NCBI RefSeq assembly: GCF_000400465.1
Contig: NW_008806285.1
Coordinates: forward strand, 307,017-339,016
Reading direction: 5' to 3'
Source of the DNA: Wallemia ichthyophaga EXF-994
Taxonomy: Eukaryota; Fungi; Basidiomycota
Length of the DNA: 32,000 nucleotides
Positions 11,853 through 21,897 of this stretch are shown in pieces. A model generated the notes under the pieces. That model had not been told where the DNA came from. It ran no database searches and saw only the letters and a list, made by a program, of their open reading frames with translations. Made by a program: the position numbers and the translations under genes. The first letter of the stretch is position 1, and every line of letters starts with the position of its first letter.

Positions 11853-12437
11853 ATGGCAAAAACAGCTCTGATTACTGTAGGATCTACGAAGTTCGATGGA
11901 TTGATAAGCCAGGCTGTAGAAATTTCTCAAGCGCTGTCTAAGCAGGGCTATCACAGTCTCGTCATACAGCACGGCAAGTCCAAACTACCGGAAGGGCTGC
12001 CCGGGAGCGTGAAAGAGACATTCGAATATTCTGATAGCTTGAGCAATTACATTGATAACGCTGATATCATCATATCCCATGCAGGTGCGCGCGTAAGCTG
12101 ATAGCATCAATACTATCTGATTACTCAAAGGTACGGGGACGATAATTGAAGTTCTTAGGAGCAAGAAAACGCTTATAGCTGTGCACAACGACAAATTGGC
12201 AGATAATCACCAGCGAGAACTGGCGCGTAGACTGTGCAGGCTGGGATACTGCATCCACAGCAGCGCTGAGTGAGTTTGTGTGTTTTATCAGCAGATAGAG
12301 TTTTAACAATCCTCAGAAATCTCATCGACACTATAAGCTCAATAAATCTGCTTGAATACACACCTACCAGATTTCCAGAATTTGCAGCTGACAGAGTCAG
12401 GCATTTCTTCGACAGCGAGGCGGGATTCCCTGTGTGA
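11853..12437 (+). CDS. ALG13: UDP-N-acetylglucosamine transferase catalytic subunit Alg13
   Basis: [14 protein letters not shown]...[14 protein letters not shown]...[15 protein letters not shown]. Two introns; the stop TGA is at 12435-12437. Confidence 0.9.
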
Positions 12438-12553
12438 TATATCTGGTACCCTATATAAACCCATTTCACTCTCATTGCCTTCAGCCGTCATTCCGGCCAT
12501 TTCGTTGCTTGTACAATCCTTGATCCTGACGTCGACGTCGGTGCGCTGTAAAT

Positions 12554-14181
12554 ATGCAGGTCGTAGATGCGAAGCAGACGGCTTTAAGCAACACAAACGC
12601 CCTCGAGTACACGAGCAAAGAGAAAGCCTTGGAAAGTCTGCTCAGTGCCCCAGTCATCTTCCAAGAAGCCAGCAATCCAGCGAGTAAGGGATTGGGTATA
12701 CCGAATGGCTATAAAGCAGTCAACGAGGAACTTAAGGTAAAACTTCATAACTCTTTTGCGATTTACTCACACATCTCATCTCATAGGCTACACCAAAAGA
12801 AGAACAGCCGTACTCTCCATCCAAAGCCAGTCCTGCCGCATCTGAATCTGCATCTGCATCCAATTCCGCCACGACGAGTGCTGCTGCATCTCCGGCTACT
12901 AAGCCTTCTGCCAAAGATCTCTACCCATGGCCAATCGCACCAGCTTTTCCCAAAGGCATCAACAATGTCGGCAAAGGGTTGAGGAACGTTGGAAACACGT
13001 GTTTCTTGAACAGCACGATGCAGTGCTTACTACACACACCCTCCCTGATGAACTTCCTCCAATCACAGCATGCCAAAGGTAGACCCGACAAGAAGTTCTG
13101 TATGATCGAAGCACTCAAAGCCTGTGCAAAGAGCTCTTTCTCGGGCTCAGGTGGAAGTTATGCTCCAGCACCTGTGGTGAGAAATCTCAAGGCCATCGCC
13201 AAACATATGACAGTCGGTCGACAGGAAGATGCCCAGGAGTTTCTTCGTTATGCCGCAGATGCACTGCAAGCTTCTTATCTCTCAAATTTCCCTAAATCAG
13301 CCAAAGGAAAGCAAGCCGAGACTAACCCAATACATAAAATCTTCGGCGGGAAACTTAGATCGAGAGTTCTGTGTCAGAATTCGAAACACGCTTCGGATAC
13401 ATTTGACACCTTTATGGATTTGAGTGTCAATGTTAAAGGTTGCAGCAACATACAAGAATCTTTCAAATCTTTCACTGCCCTTGACAGACTCGAAGGTGCT
13501 AACAAATACAAATGCGAAAGTTGCAAGAAGCCAGTACCGGCTACAAAGCAATTCACGGTACATGAAGCACCGCAGTGTCTGACGGTGCACCTGAAGAGAT
13601 TCTCACCATTGGGTCAGAAGCTAAACGGTAGTCTTGCTTTCGATGAGAACCTCGACATACAGAAATACATGAGCAAAGGGCAACCATCACCCAAGTACAA
13701 GCTCTACGGTGTCGTGTCCCATTATGGAGGTAGTGCGAGGTCCGGACACTACATCGCGCACGTCAGGGCACCTAATGGAAGATGGTACGAGATGAATGAC
13801 GATATGGTATCGCCCTCGAAACCCCCATTCGGATCTAAGAATGCCTACGTGCTCTTTTACGAGAAAGAAAGAAGTAGCACATTGAAAGATGCTGTCCAAA
13901 GCGCAACATCAGCCACTCCATCAAGTGAAAAGATATTAGGCAAGCGTAAGGTGAATGAAGATGGCTCAGAATCACCTCAGAAGACACCGCTGAAGACGCC
14001 AGTACGCAACAAAATGCAAACCAAGGCACAAACGCCGGTAAGTGCGCCAGCACACAAACCCAGATTAGTATCATTCGATATGCCCTCATCAAACAAAGCA
14101 AAGAAGAGGAGAATGTCTATGCCATTTAACAAACGGGATACACCCTCAGATGATCTTGGATCTCCTGTTGTACGCCGTTGA
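12554..14181 (+). CDS. Ubiquitin C-terminal hydrolase, peptidase C19 (USP36/USP42-like)
   Basis: Cys box GLRNVGNTCFLNSTMQCL, QEDAQEFL, His box GHYIAHV...WYEMND. An intron at ~12737-12786 links ORF 12554 to the catalytic frame. Confidence 0.85.
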
Positions 14182-14222
14182 TTGTATTTTTTTATTTGAT
14201 AGATTATGGGTATTCAACTTGT

Positions 14223-15689
14223 TTAAACTACATGCTTTTCTATTCTAGATGTGTGGCTCGAAGTTGAGGGTGAGTGCTGATCGTTGTCGAACAAGACGTC
14301 CTCCTCCGCAGGGTGTTCTTGAGGACTATCAGAGGTAGATATCCGTGCAGCTTGGTTCGGTTGCTTGTTTGGTGTTTGTGATCGCGAGTGAACAGCAGAG
14401 CTAGCGTGAGATATTGAGCTTGATCTGGATTCAGACTGGGGGAGAAGGTTGTTCAGATGAGCATGGCCATGTCCGTCGGTTGGGCTGCCGAGTTGAGATG
14501 GAAGATCATCCAATGCATACTCGGAATCAGCCGCTGCAGACCAGATACGTCTGTGTCCATTAACAGCACTCCTAGCGCCTGAAAATGGAAGTATCTTTTC
14601 CTTACCGATGTCTGCATTGGTAGGCAGACCGCCCGGATCTCTAAGATGCTCAGGAAGCAAGACGTAGAAGCAAGCAGTTGCTAAACAGGCACCTGCAACT
14701 GCATCGACCAAGTAGTGATGACTGAGGTACATTGTCGCCCAGTACAGCCAACCTACATACGCCCAGTAGAATGCCTTGAATCTAGGGAAGAAGTGCGACA
14801 AGAAAAGCGCCTCTATAGTCGCTGAACCAGCATGCAGAGATGGGAATGCACCAAATACAAGTGGCGATGCACCAAATGCGGAAGAATATGAATGCGAGTG
14901 CATCAGTTCATCGATTCTAGCCAATCCAGCTGGGCTACCAGGAATGGAATAATCAGCTGGAAGCAATCCGTAAAGGAGTTCATACCCTGAGTATTTCATC
15001 AGCAACGGTGCATCGTATCTCAAACTATACCCACAAGGAGGTGCGCAAGGGAAACTGACCTGCACAATAACACCAATGATGTTCATTACACCAAATACGA
15101 AGCCCCAGAACTGCAAGGCGGAGTATGGCTTATGTCCATTTCTGTCAGCGCCGCCTTTGGCAGGTGCGTAGACCCACGCAACGGCGGCAATAACGAAGGG
15201 AACGACGTAGTGAACCAGTCCGTAAGGAAACCACGCGCATATATCCAGTATCCAATGTCTGTGCGTTGTAACCAGATTGCTGATGTTGGCGCCATACCAC
15301 ACTGATTCTAACGTCGGCAGAATAGTAACATTGATTGTAGGTCTTACGGGCGTTGGTATGAAGCGTGCACAGAAAAACGTCATTAACCAACACAATATTG
15401 GCGTACCAGGAAGAAAGAACTGAGAAGTCACCGGAGTGATGATCAACCCGAAGTAAACGACAGGTATCAGCCATTTCACGAGAGGGATAGGAATTGACAT
15501 CATTATAAAGCTCGGGAGCGCAATAAGGAAGTAAATTAACCACTGTATATCAAATTTACGCCATTTGTGTGTTTTGAGCTTCTCTACCGTTACTTTGGGT
15601 GACAAACCATAATCAAGTGATAAAAAGGCTGACTTTATGTCGCGTATTAAATTAGAGACGGGCTTTGGTGCTCTCAGCCCGATACGCAT
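14223..15689 (-). CDS. AUR1: Inositol phosphorylceramide synthase Aur1
   Basis: GAFPSLHAG and MYLSHHYLVD catalytic motifs, PAGLARID and multiple TM segments. Removing a 48-nt intron (15034..14987) restores APPWYE. Confidence 0.9.
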   Translation of the reverse strand: MRIGLRAPKPVSNLIRDIKSAFLSLDYGLSPKVTVEKLKTHKWRKFDIQWLIYFLIALPSFIMMSIPIPLVKWLIPVVYFGLIITPVTSQFFLPGTPILCWLMTFFCARFIPTPVRPTINVTILPTLESVWYGANISNLVTTHRHWILDICAWFPYGLVHYVVPFVIAAVAWVYAPAKGGADRNGHKPYSALQFWGFVFGVMNIIGVIVQVSFPCAPPCGYSLRYDAPLLMKYSGYELLYGLLPADYSIPGSPAGLARIDELMHSHSYSSAFGASPLVFGAFPSLHAGSATIEALFLSHFFPRFKAFYWAYVGWLYWATMYLSHHYLVDAVAGACLATACFYVLLPEHLRDPGGLPTNADIGKEKILPFSGARSAVNGHRRIWSAAADSEYALDDLPSQLGSPTDGHGHAHLNNLLPQSESRSSSISHASSAVHSRSQTPNKQPNQAARISTSDSPQEHPAEEDVLFDNDQHSPSTSSHTSRIEKHVV

Positions 15690-15725
15690 CGTCCTCGTTG
15701 TGGTGGTCGAGTCGTAAGAGTGGAT

Positions 15726-16677
15726 TCATTTTCTTTGAAATGCTATCGTACAAATTGTGCTGCCTTTACTTCCGCCAAAGGAGAATGAAGGATGTTCTAC
15801 GCTGGAATGATACGTAAACCCTGGGAGAGTGTATCGTCAGCTTTGTGCACGGGCTCGGGAAGTCTACTCACTGTCTTGGTTGAGGAAAGTTGATTTTATC
15901 TCTTCCTCCGTGAAGTTACACGATGTAATCAGAAGCTTACCGCCTTTTCGCACCAAGTCCGCGGCGTGCTTGGCATATAAAAGGCGGTTTGAGCCAGTCG
16001 ATAGACAGATAGCGTCTGCATGATTAGATATGCGACTTTTGAACTTGGAATACCTACCAAATGTCCCTTTGTCCATCACGATGTCCCATTCACCTAGCCG
16101 ATTGATCTGCTGTTGATCGAGTACATCTAACACGTCAAACGAGACTGCTTCACAGTCCTTGCCTCTGCTCTTGGCTATGTTGTAAGAAAGCTTAATAGAA
16201 GCAGGACTGTAGTCAACGCCCTTCAAATACTGGCCATCATAGCCGTTGCTAACCAATTCGAACAATAGATGACCGTTGCCGGTTCCCATACTACGAGCAG
16301 GGTTATTTCGTGATGCAGGAGATACCAAAAAGCTTACTCTAGCACACTCGGGCCACTCTCTTCAGGCGTTGCATTATCTAAAGCCCAATCAACCATCTTC
16401 TCGACGCTATCTTCACCGAACCTGGAGACTTGTGAGATGTCTTTCACTAGACATATCACTATTCTAACCATATTTCTCCCTCTTCACCTATCTCTTCAAA
16501 ATTATTGACTTCCCGTCTGAAAGCCCGGTGAGCTCATACGACTGACGCACGCAGACGCAACCTACTCATATACATCATCCCAGCTATGCAAATTGAGTTT
16601 TAAGCGCTGATCAAATATCCCACTCACTGCTCCTTCGTTCCTAGCCTGGACGAAGGTAGATCTTCCACCTGGGCCAT
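15726..16677 (-). CDS. EFM4: Protein-lysine N-methyltransferase Efm4 (EEF1AKMT2-like)
   Basis: Spliced product is MAQVEDLPSSRLGTKEHWDDVYEREVNNFEEIGEEGEIWFGEDSVEKMV...GTGNGHLLFEL...DKGTFDAI...ITSCNFTEEE...FSFGGSKGSTICTIAFQRK*. Several short introns. Confidence 0.85.
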
Positions 16678-16745
16678 GATCGTTTATTATCAAAGGCTTG
16701 TACAGAGTAAGAGCAACTATACATTGGTTTATACATAAAAGCACA

Positions 16746-19083
16746 TCAATCGATTTTATTTTTGGTTGCACGAAGTAGTGCGACATCCTGGAGTAGTGTT
16801 AGAGCAACAGTACGTAACCTACAAACTCACGTAATTCTGGTCCATCTTGTAGTTGGTATACATCTGTACTATTGTGAATTTCGAAGATAAGCATGAAATC
16901 TTCACTCACCCAAGGCACATCATTCTCACCATATTTTTCAACTGGCCTTTTATACGTGAGATACTCATCAGCCAATGCGTTACAGACCTTGTCGTCTCCG
17001 TACAATGGTAGGAACACGCCAAGCTCCCAATTAGTTATACTGAGACTGCCTGTCTTGGTGAATCTTCCCCATGCAGATGGTGTAAAGTTATGCGAGCCAA
17101 CATAAACCCATCCGCCAGCCACATCCTTTTCAGTGACGCGTTCTGTTGTGTCAACTTCGGATTCCGTAGCGCTCGAATCAGTGTCTTCATCGGATGTGAA
17201 TGTCACTTTTTCCTTGCCGTCCTTTGCCTTCTTCAATTTCCCAGCCATCTTGTTTTTAGTAACGGAATGTGTACGCTTTAGAATACCACAAATTGTCTTA
17301 GCATGCATGAAGATATTTCCACGCTTGCTCGGGTTTCTGTGCATTACGTCGCGTGGAAAGTCTGCATTAAGCCACTTTTTGGCACTAATTGTGTCGTTAG
17401 CTTTGGTCGGTGTAATATCACCTCTTACTCCATGAACATGTTGCCTCCCATATCTGGTCCTCCCAAGTTCTCCTGGGCCATCTTTTTGGTAGGGAAAAGA
17501 ATCTTGATAGGAGGCCATTTCTTGCTGTCCTCTTTCTTTTTGCTTTTAAGTGCAAGTGCATCGTCTTGTAATCCTGGTATGAGATTAAAACGACCCGAGG
17601 CTGAGTTGTAGAACTGTCTGATATTAGATTGCGCGACTGCTTACAGCATAACCTACCTCCCTTCCCCAATGAGCTTTGTATGCACCAAGCGAGCTACCTT
17701 GGCACTCTAAGTCAACGAACCATTCATGCTTTGCAGAGTCACCGCGCGCATCAATGAGGTCACCGTTAGCATCAACACCACATCCAGCCCCTCTAATCAG
17801 ATCCGCGAGACGCGCATGTCCGACGCGCTTGATGTTGTCTACGCCTTTGTGCTCCCCGTTTATGCTAGCAACAAGGCGTGCTTTGGATCTTGAGAAGTCC
17901 CACTGACTTATCGCATTAACATTGGGCAATGGAATGTCATCCATTTCAGCAGCCACGCCCGACAGAGTGCTTTGTAGCTGTGAGTATTGACTTAGAAGCA
18001 GAATGCTCCTGCTCACTCATTCAATTTCAGCTTGTAGAGGAACCAACTCCAATCTGTTTCGAATGCCGATGCTTGCTTGCTGCTTGATCCATCTAAAGTA
18101 TTTCCTTTTGGTGGAAAGTCTTGTATAAATAAAGTCTACTACGCGTTAATGAGGGCCATTTGGATTTGTTCAATACCCTACATTTTCATTTAACTTCCAG
18201 TCCATTTCAATGAAGTTTGCAGTTGTCACCAAGACTCTCATCCATCCATCAGTTGTAAATATCTAAATTTAGTGAGATTCGTGTAACACTCTTGCTATGA
18301 CATAACTTACGATAGCGAACTACTTTAACTTAGAGAGGGTTTAAAGTCAAGTTAGGAAGTCTTACCTTCGCATGGTAAGTACCGCGTGCATCTACGTTGT
18401 GCATATACCAATTCCTTCAGATGTCGTCAGATCGAGATAACGGATACCGATCACTTACCTGTTGTTGACAGTTGAAGCGAGTTTGCTCTGCCTTAACATT
18501 AGTTCTAGAAATTATTTTCATAGTAAGGCGTACTGGTTGCGCGCAAATGACTTTTGCGTCGCCAAATAGCGGTATCATTAGCTCATCTTGGCGGACATAG
18601 CTGGACATGATGACCAATTTGAGTCTATTGGGCTAGAATTAAGATGCGTCAATAGATACCACAGCACGAATCGCAGCGTACCTGTCCGAAACACTTGTTG
18701 ATTGACCAAGAATTCTCATTTCTTTCGGTCAGGTAGTTGACAGTTTGCTTTACAACACCGTCGGGATACTTGTCTGCACCGCCAGTATTAGCTTGGGGCT
18801 GTTGCTGAGTAGAATGGTCGCGCTTGACGTGCTTGGCTTGTCGTTCCAGACGTTCAGCCTCAAGCTTCTTCCTCTCCTTTAAGAAATCGAATGGAGCGTT
18901 CTTGGAAGTTAACGTCGATTCTTTTGCCGAATTTGTCGCGTCATCTCCATTAACCATCTCTGGAACCGCAGATGGCTTTATTTGCTTCGGCGGGATGATT
19001 TCATCTGACTCATCTTGTGTACTGCCACGGTTTTCGTCTTCGCTATCTGAAATATTGATAACTTGTGCGCTTCTCTTGGACAT
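16746..19083 (-). CDS. TDP1: Tyrosyl-DNA phosphodiesterase 1 (phospholipase D superfamily)
   Basis: Two HxK motifs: GTYHAK near 18365-18385 and IFMHAK near 17300-17320. Also ECQGSSLG, YVGSHNFTPSAWG and NWELGVFLP. Many introns; the 3' end is inferred through a 15-nt micro-exon. Confidence 0.85.
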
Positions 19084-19143
19084 GGTCGCTACACAGATGA
19101 CCGTGTACTCTTAAGAGATAACGACCAACATCTCGTAGATAGT

Positions 19144-20732
19144 ATGCGGTGGGCATTCAGGGCGAGCAGCCGCCTACTTCAAAGCAGAAACGTGTACAAG
19201 GAAATGCTGGATAGGGGGTTTGTGAAGGATGTTACGAGGTGAGTTTGCGCGCCAGATTGCTGGATGAGTGTCTGACGGGATTAGCGATCTTCTGGGCAGG
19301 CATCTCGAGAGCAGCAGAACAATTTATAGCGGCCTGGATCCTACCGCTGAGTCACTGCATGTCGGACATCTACTGCCTCTGCTCGCCTGCTTGCATCTTC
19401 ATCTAGCAGGACATAGAGTGATTCCACTCGTATGTGCAGTTCACTGCTATTTGCTTCTCGAGCTAATCACGCGTAGATCGGCGGTGCGACTGGCTCAATA
19501 GGAGATCCGTCAGGAAGATCAACAGAACGTTCACTGATTAAGGCAGAGACTCTCGATAAGAACATAGCAACCTTAACAAAACAATTGGGCGTTTTCTACG
19601 AGCGAGGTAGAGAATACGCGCGACATCACGCCCTTTATGACTCTACAATCGGGGAAATAAGTGTCTTAGACAATAAGGAATGGTTAGCGAAGCTCTCTTT
19701 ACTAGAGTTCCTGTCGACTACCGGAAAATTAAGCAACATTGGACCTATGCTGGCTAGAGATTCAGTGAAAAATCGCTTGGCCAAAGGTATCTCGTACACC
19801 GAATTCACTTATCAGCTACTCCAAGCTAGAGACTTTGAGCATCTCTTCACCAGCCACGAATGTACAGTGCAGATTGGTGGTAGCGATCAATGGGGGAACA
19901 TAACCGCTGGCGTTGAATTGATCAGGCGCGTCACCTCAGATGAAACTACTCAAGATAAGGCTTTTGGATTAACATTACCGCTTCTTACAACAAGCAGTGG
20001 TGATAAATTTGGTAAAAGCGCTGGAAATGCTATTTGGTTAAACTCCTCCCTCACTTCTGTCTTTGACTTCTATCAATTTTGGCTCAAGACACCTGATGCG
20101 GATGTGGAGAGGTTCCTCAGGCTGCTCACTCTTGCTCCGTTGAGTGATATTGAGCAACTCATGGAGCAGCATAAAGTAGGTTTTGCACTTTTCTTTTCTA
20201 TCACCTAACGCAAGTGAATTAATTAGGTTGTACCTGAACAAAGATCTGCTCAGCGGCGGCTTGCTGAAGAAGTAACCACTTTGATTCACGGGAGTTAGTC
20301 TGTGAACTAATCAACTACTCACTTCTAACCCTAAAAATAGGAAGTGGACTGGAAATTGCACGCATAGCCACGGGTGTTCTGTTCGGAAAAGACTTGTATG
20401 CACTCAAGACACATCAGGTCGTAGCTGCATTCGAAAATGATTCTCGACTAGTAAGGAAATTACGCAGTGATGTAGTAGGCCAGCGTCTGACACGAGTGTC
20501 AACATTTGGTCGGACTGTAAAATCGACATGTGAGTGACTATTAAGAGTATAATGGAACAACTGACACTTAGTAGCACAAGCCAAAACACTCGTTGCTTCA
20601 GGAGGAGTATACGTCAATGGTGAAAGGATGACAGATGTCAACAGAACACTGACGGAGGAAGATATCATAGACAATCACCTGATCTTCATCAGAACTGGCA
20701 AATCATCGCATTTGATTATACACTTAGACTAA
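19144..20732 (+). CDS. MSY1: Tyrosyl-tRNA synthetase, mitochondrial (bacterial-type)
   Basis: [15 protein letters not shown] (HIGH), [38 protein letters not shown] (KMSKS-like) and an S4-like C-terminus (ASGGVYVNG). The Arg/Ser-rich N-terminus [12 protein letters not shown] resembles a presequence. Several introns. Confidence 0.9.
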
Positions 20733-20782
20733 CATTATCATTATGCATACAAAATAATACAATCAATTTAAGATCATTGTCA

Positions 20783-21856
20783 TTATGGTAGCATCCCACG
20801 CGTGCCCATTTGAAGAGTCTGTAGCAACTTTTTCCACAAACTATCACTCCTAGCTAGTCTTTCTCTGATTGAACGAGCTGCATTAGCATTATCTCGCCGT
20901 CTGTTAGCAAATAAGACTGCCAAGATAAAGATTAACAAAGGTGGTAACACTCTAGGCAGAATTTCTTTCAAAGGGTTTAATAGCATCATGAGCTTTGCTG
21001 TGGTAGTAAGCTGCTTCGGACTGTTTCGAGCCATTGGTTCGATTGGTGGTGTCTTGGCATGCTCAGTCATTTGCGAGCGTATTTCAAGATGCTGAGGTAG
21101 AGTTGCAGAAGTTGTAGGGTTTGCTGCAGGTGACCTTGATGCCACTGTAGCACTATCGGGCTTCCCTCTCGTCTTCAATCTGGCAGGTGTTGCTGTATAC
21201 GATGATCCGTTGGAAGAAGATCTGGATAGACTTGGTGTTGACGGCTCAGTGACTGTAGAGCTTTCTGGTGTGCTTGTGCTTTTCTCCTTGCTCGTTGCTT
21301 CTTGTAAGTCTGCGAGCCGTTGCAGCAATACCTAAATGATGTCAGCTTAATTAGTTCCAGTTTATTTATAACGAACCTCATTTTCTGGTCCACCACTCGA
21401 GGAGGAAAGCAAGAAGTCTCGACTCACTTCCCACTCGCCAAATTCTGGCAGTATGATGAACGCATATACGTCCCTGACTTTGATATAATCCTGATCTGCG
21501 TTGCTAGCACTGTAAAGCCATTCCTCAGCTTCCAGCTTGGCTTTTTCCAATTGATCCAGCCTGATTATAGCGAGCAGAAGCGCCGACTGCGAGCCACCCG
21601 GTAATTGACCGTCTATACGGGAATGAGAAAGACGGATGAGAAAATCGACAAATTGAGAAGTGGTGTATCCAAGCTGAGTGTAATCTGACTTTTTATCATT
21701 ATTCAAGTAGAGCGTAAGCCAACAAGTGAGCTCTAGTGATAGCAGCTTGTTTAATAATCCCGTGCTGTTGGCTCCTGGATAGCAAGCAGCGACGGTGTCC
21801 AAGCATCCAGTGAAATTCTTATTGAGAAGCTGCTTGGATGCTTTGTTGTATGTCAT
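20783..21856 (-). CDS. Tail-anchored membrane protein, possibly peroxin Pex26-like
   Basis: ORFs 21362..21856 and 20783..21328 join through an intron (~21378..21335). It has a helical N-domain with YAFIILPEFGEWEVSRDFL, a Ser/Thr/Pro linker, a C-terminal TM (LLIFILAVLFA) and WKKLLQTLQMGT, which resembles fungal Pex26 from memory. Confidence 0.5.
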
Positions 21857-21897
21857 TCGACTTGTTCTGACTCAACGTCGACGAAGACAACGAAGAG

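Noticed and set aside
16746-20732. Adjacent 'tyrosyl' genes TDP1 and tyrosyl-tRNA synthetase as a functional cluster
   Set aside because: The link is a name coincidence: nuclear DNA repair versus mitochondrial translation, with no shared pathway.
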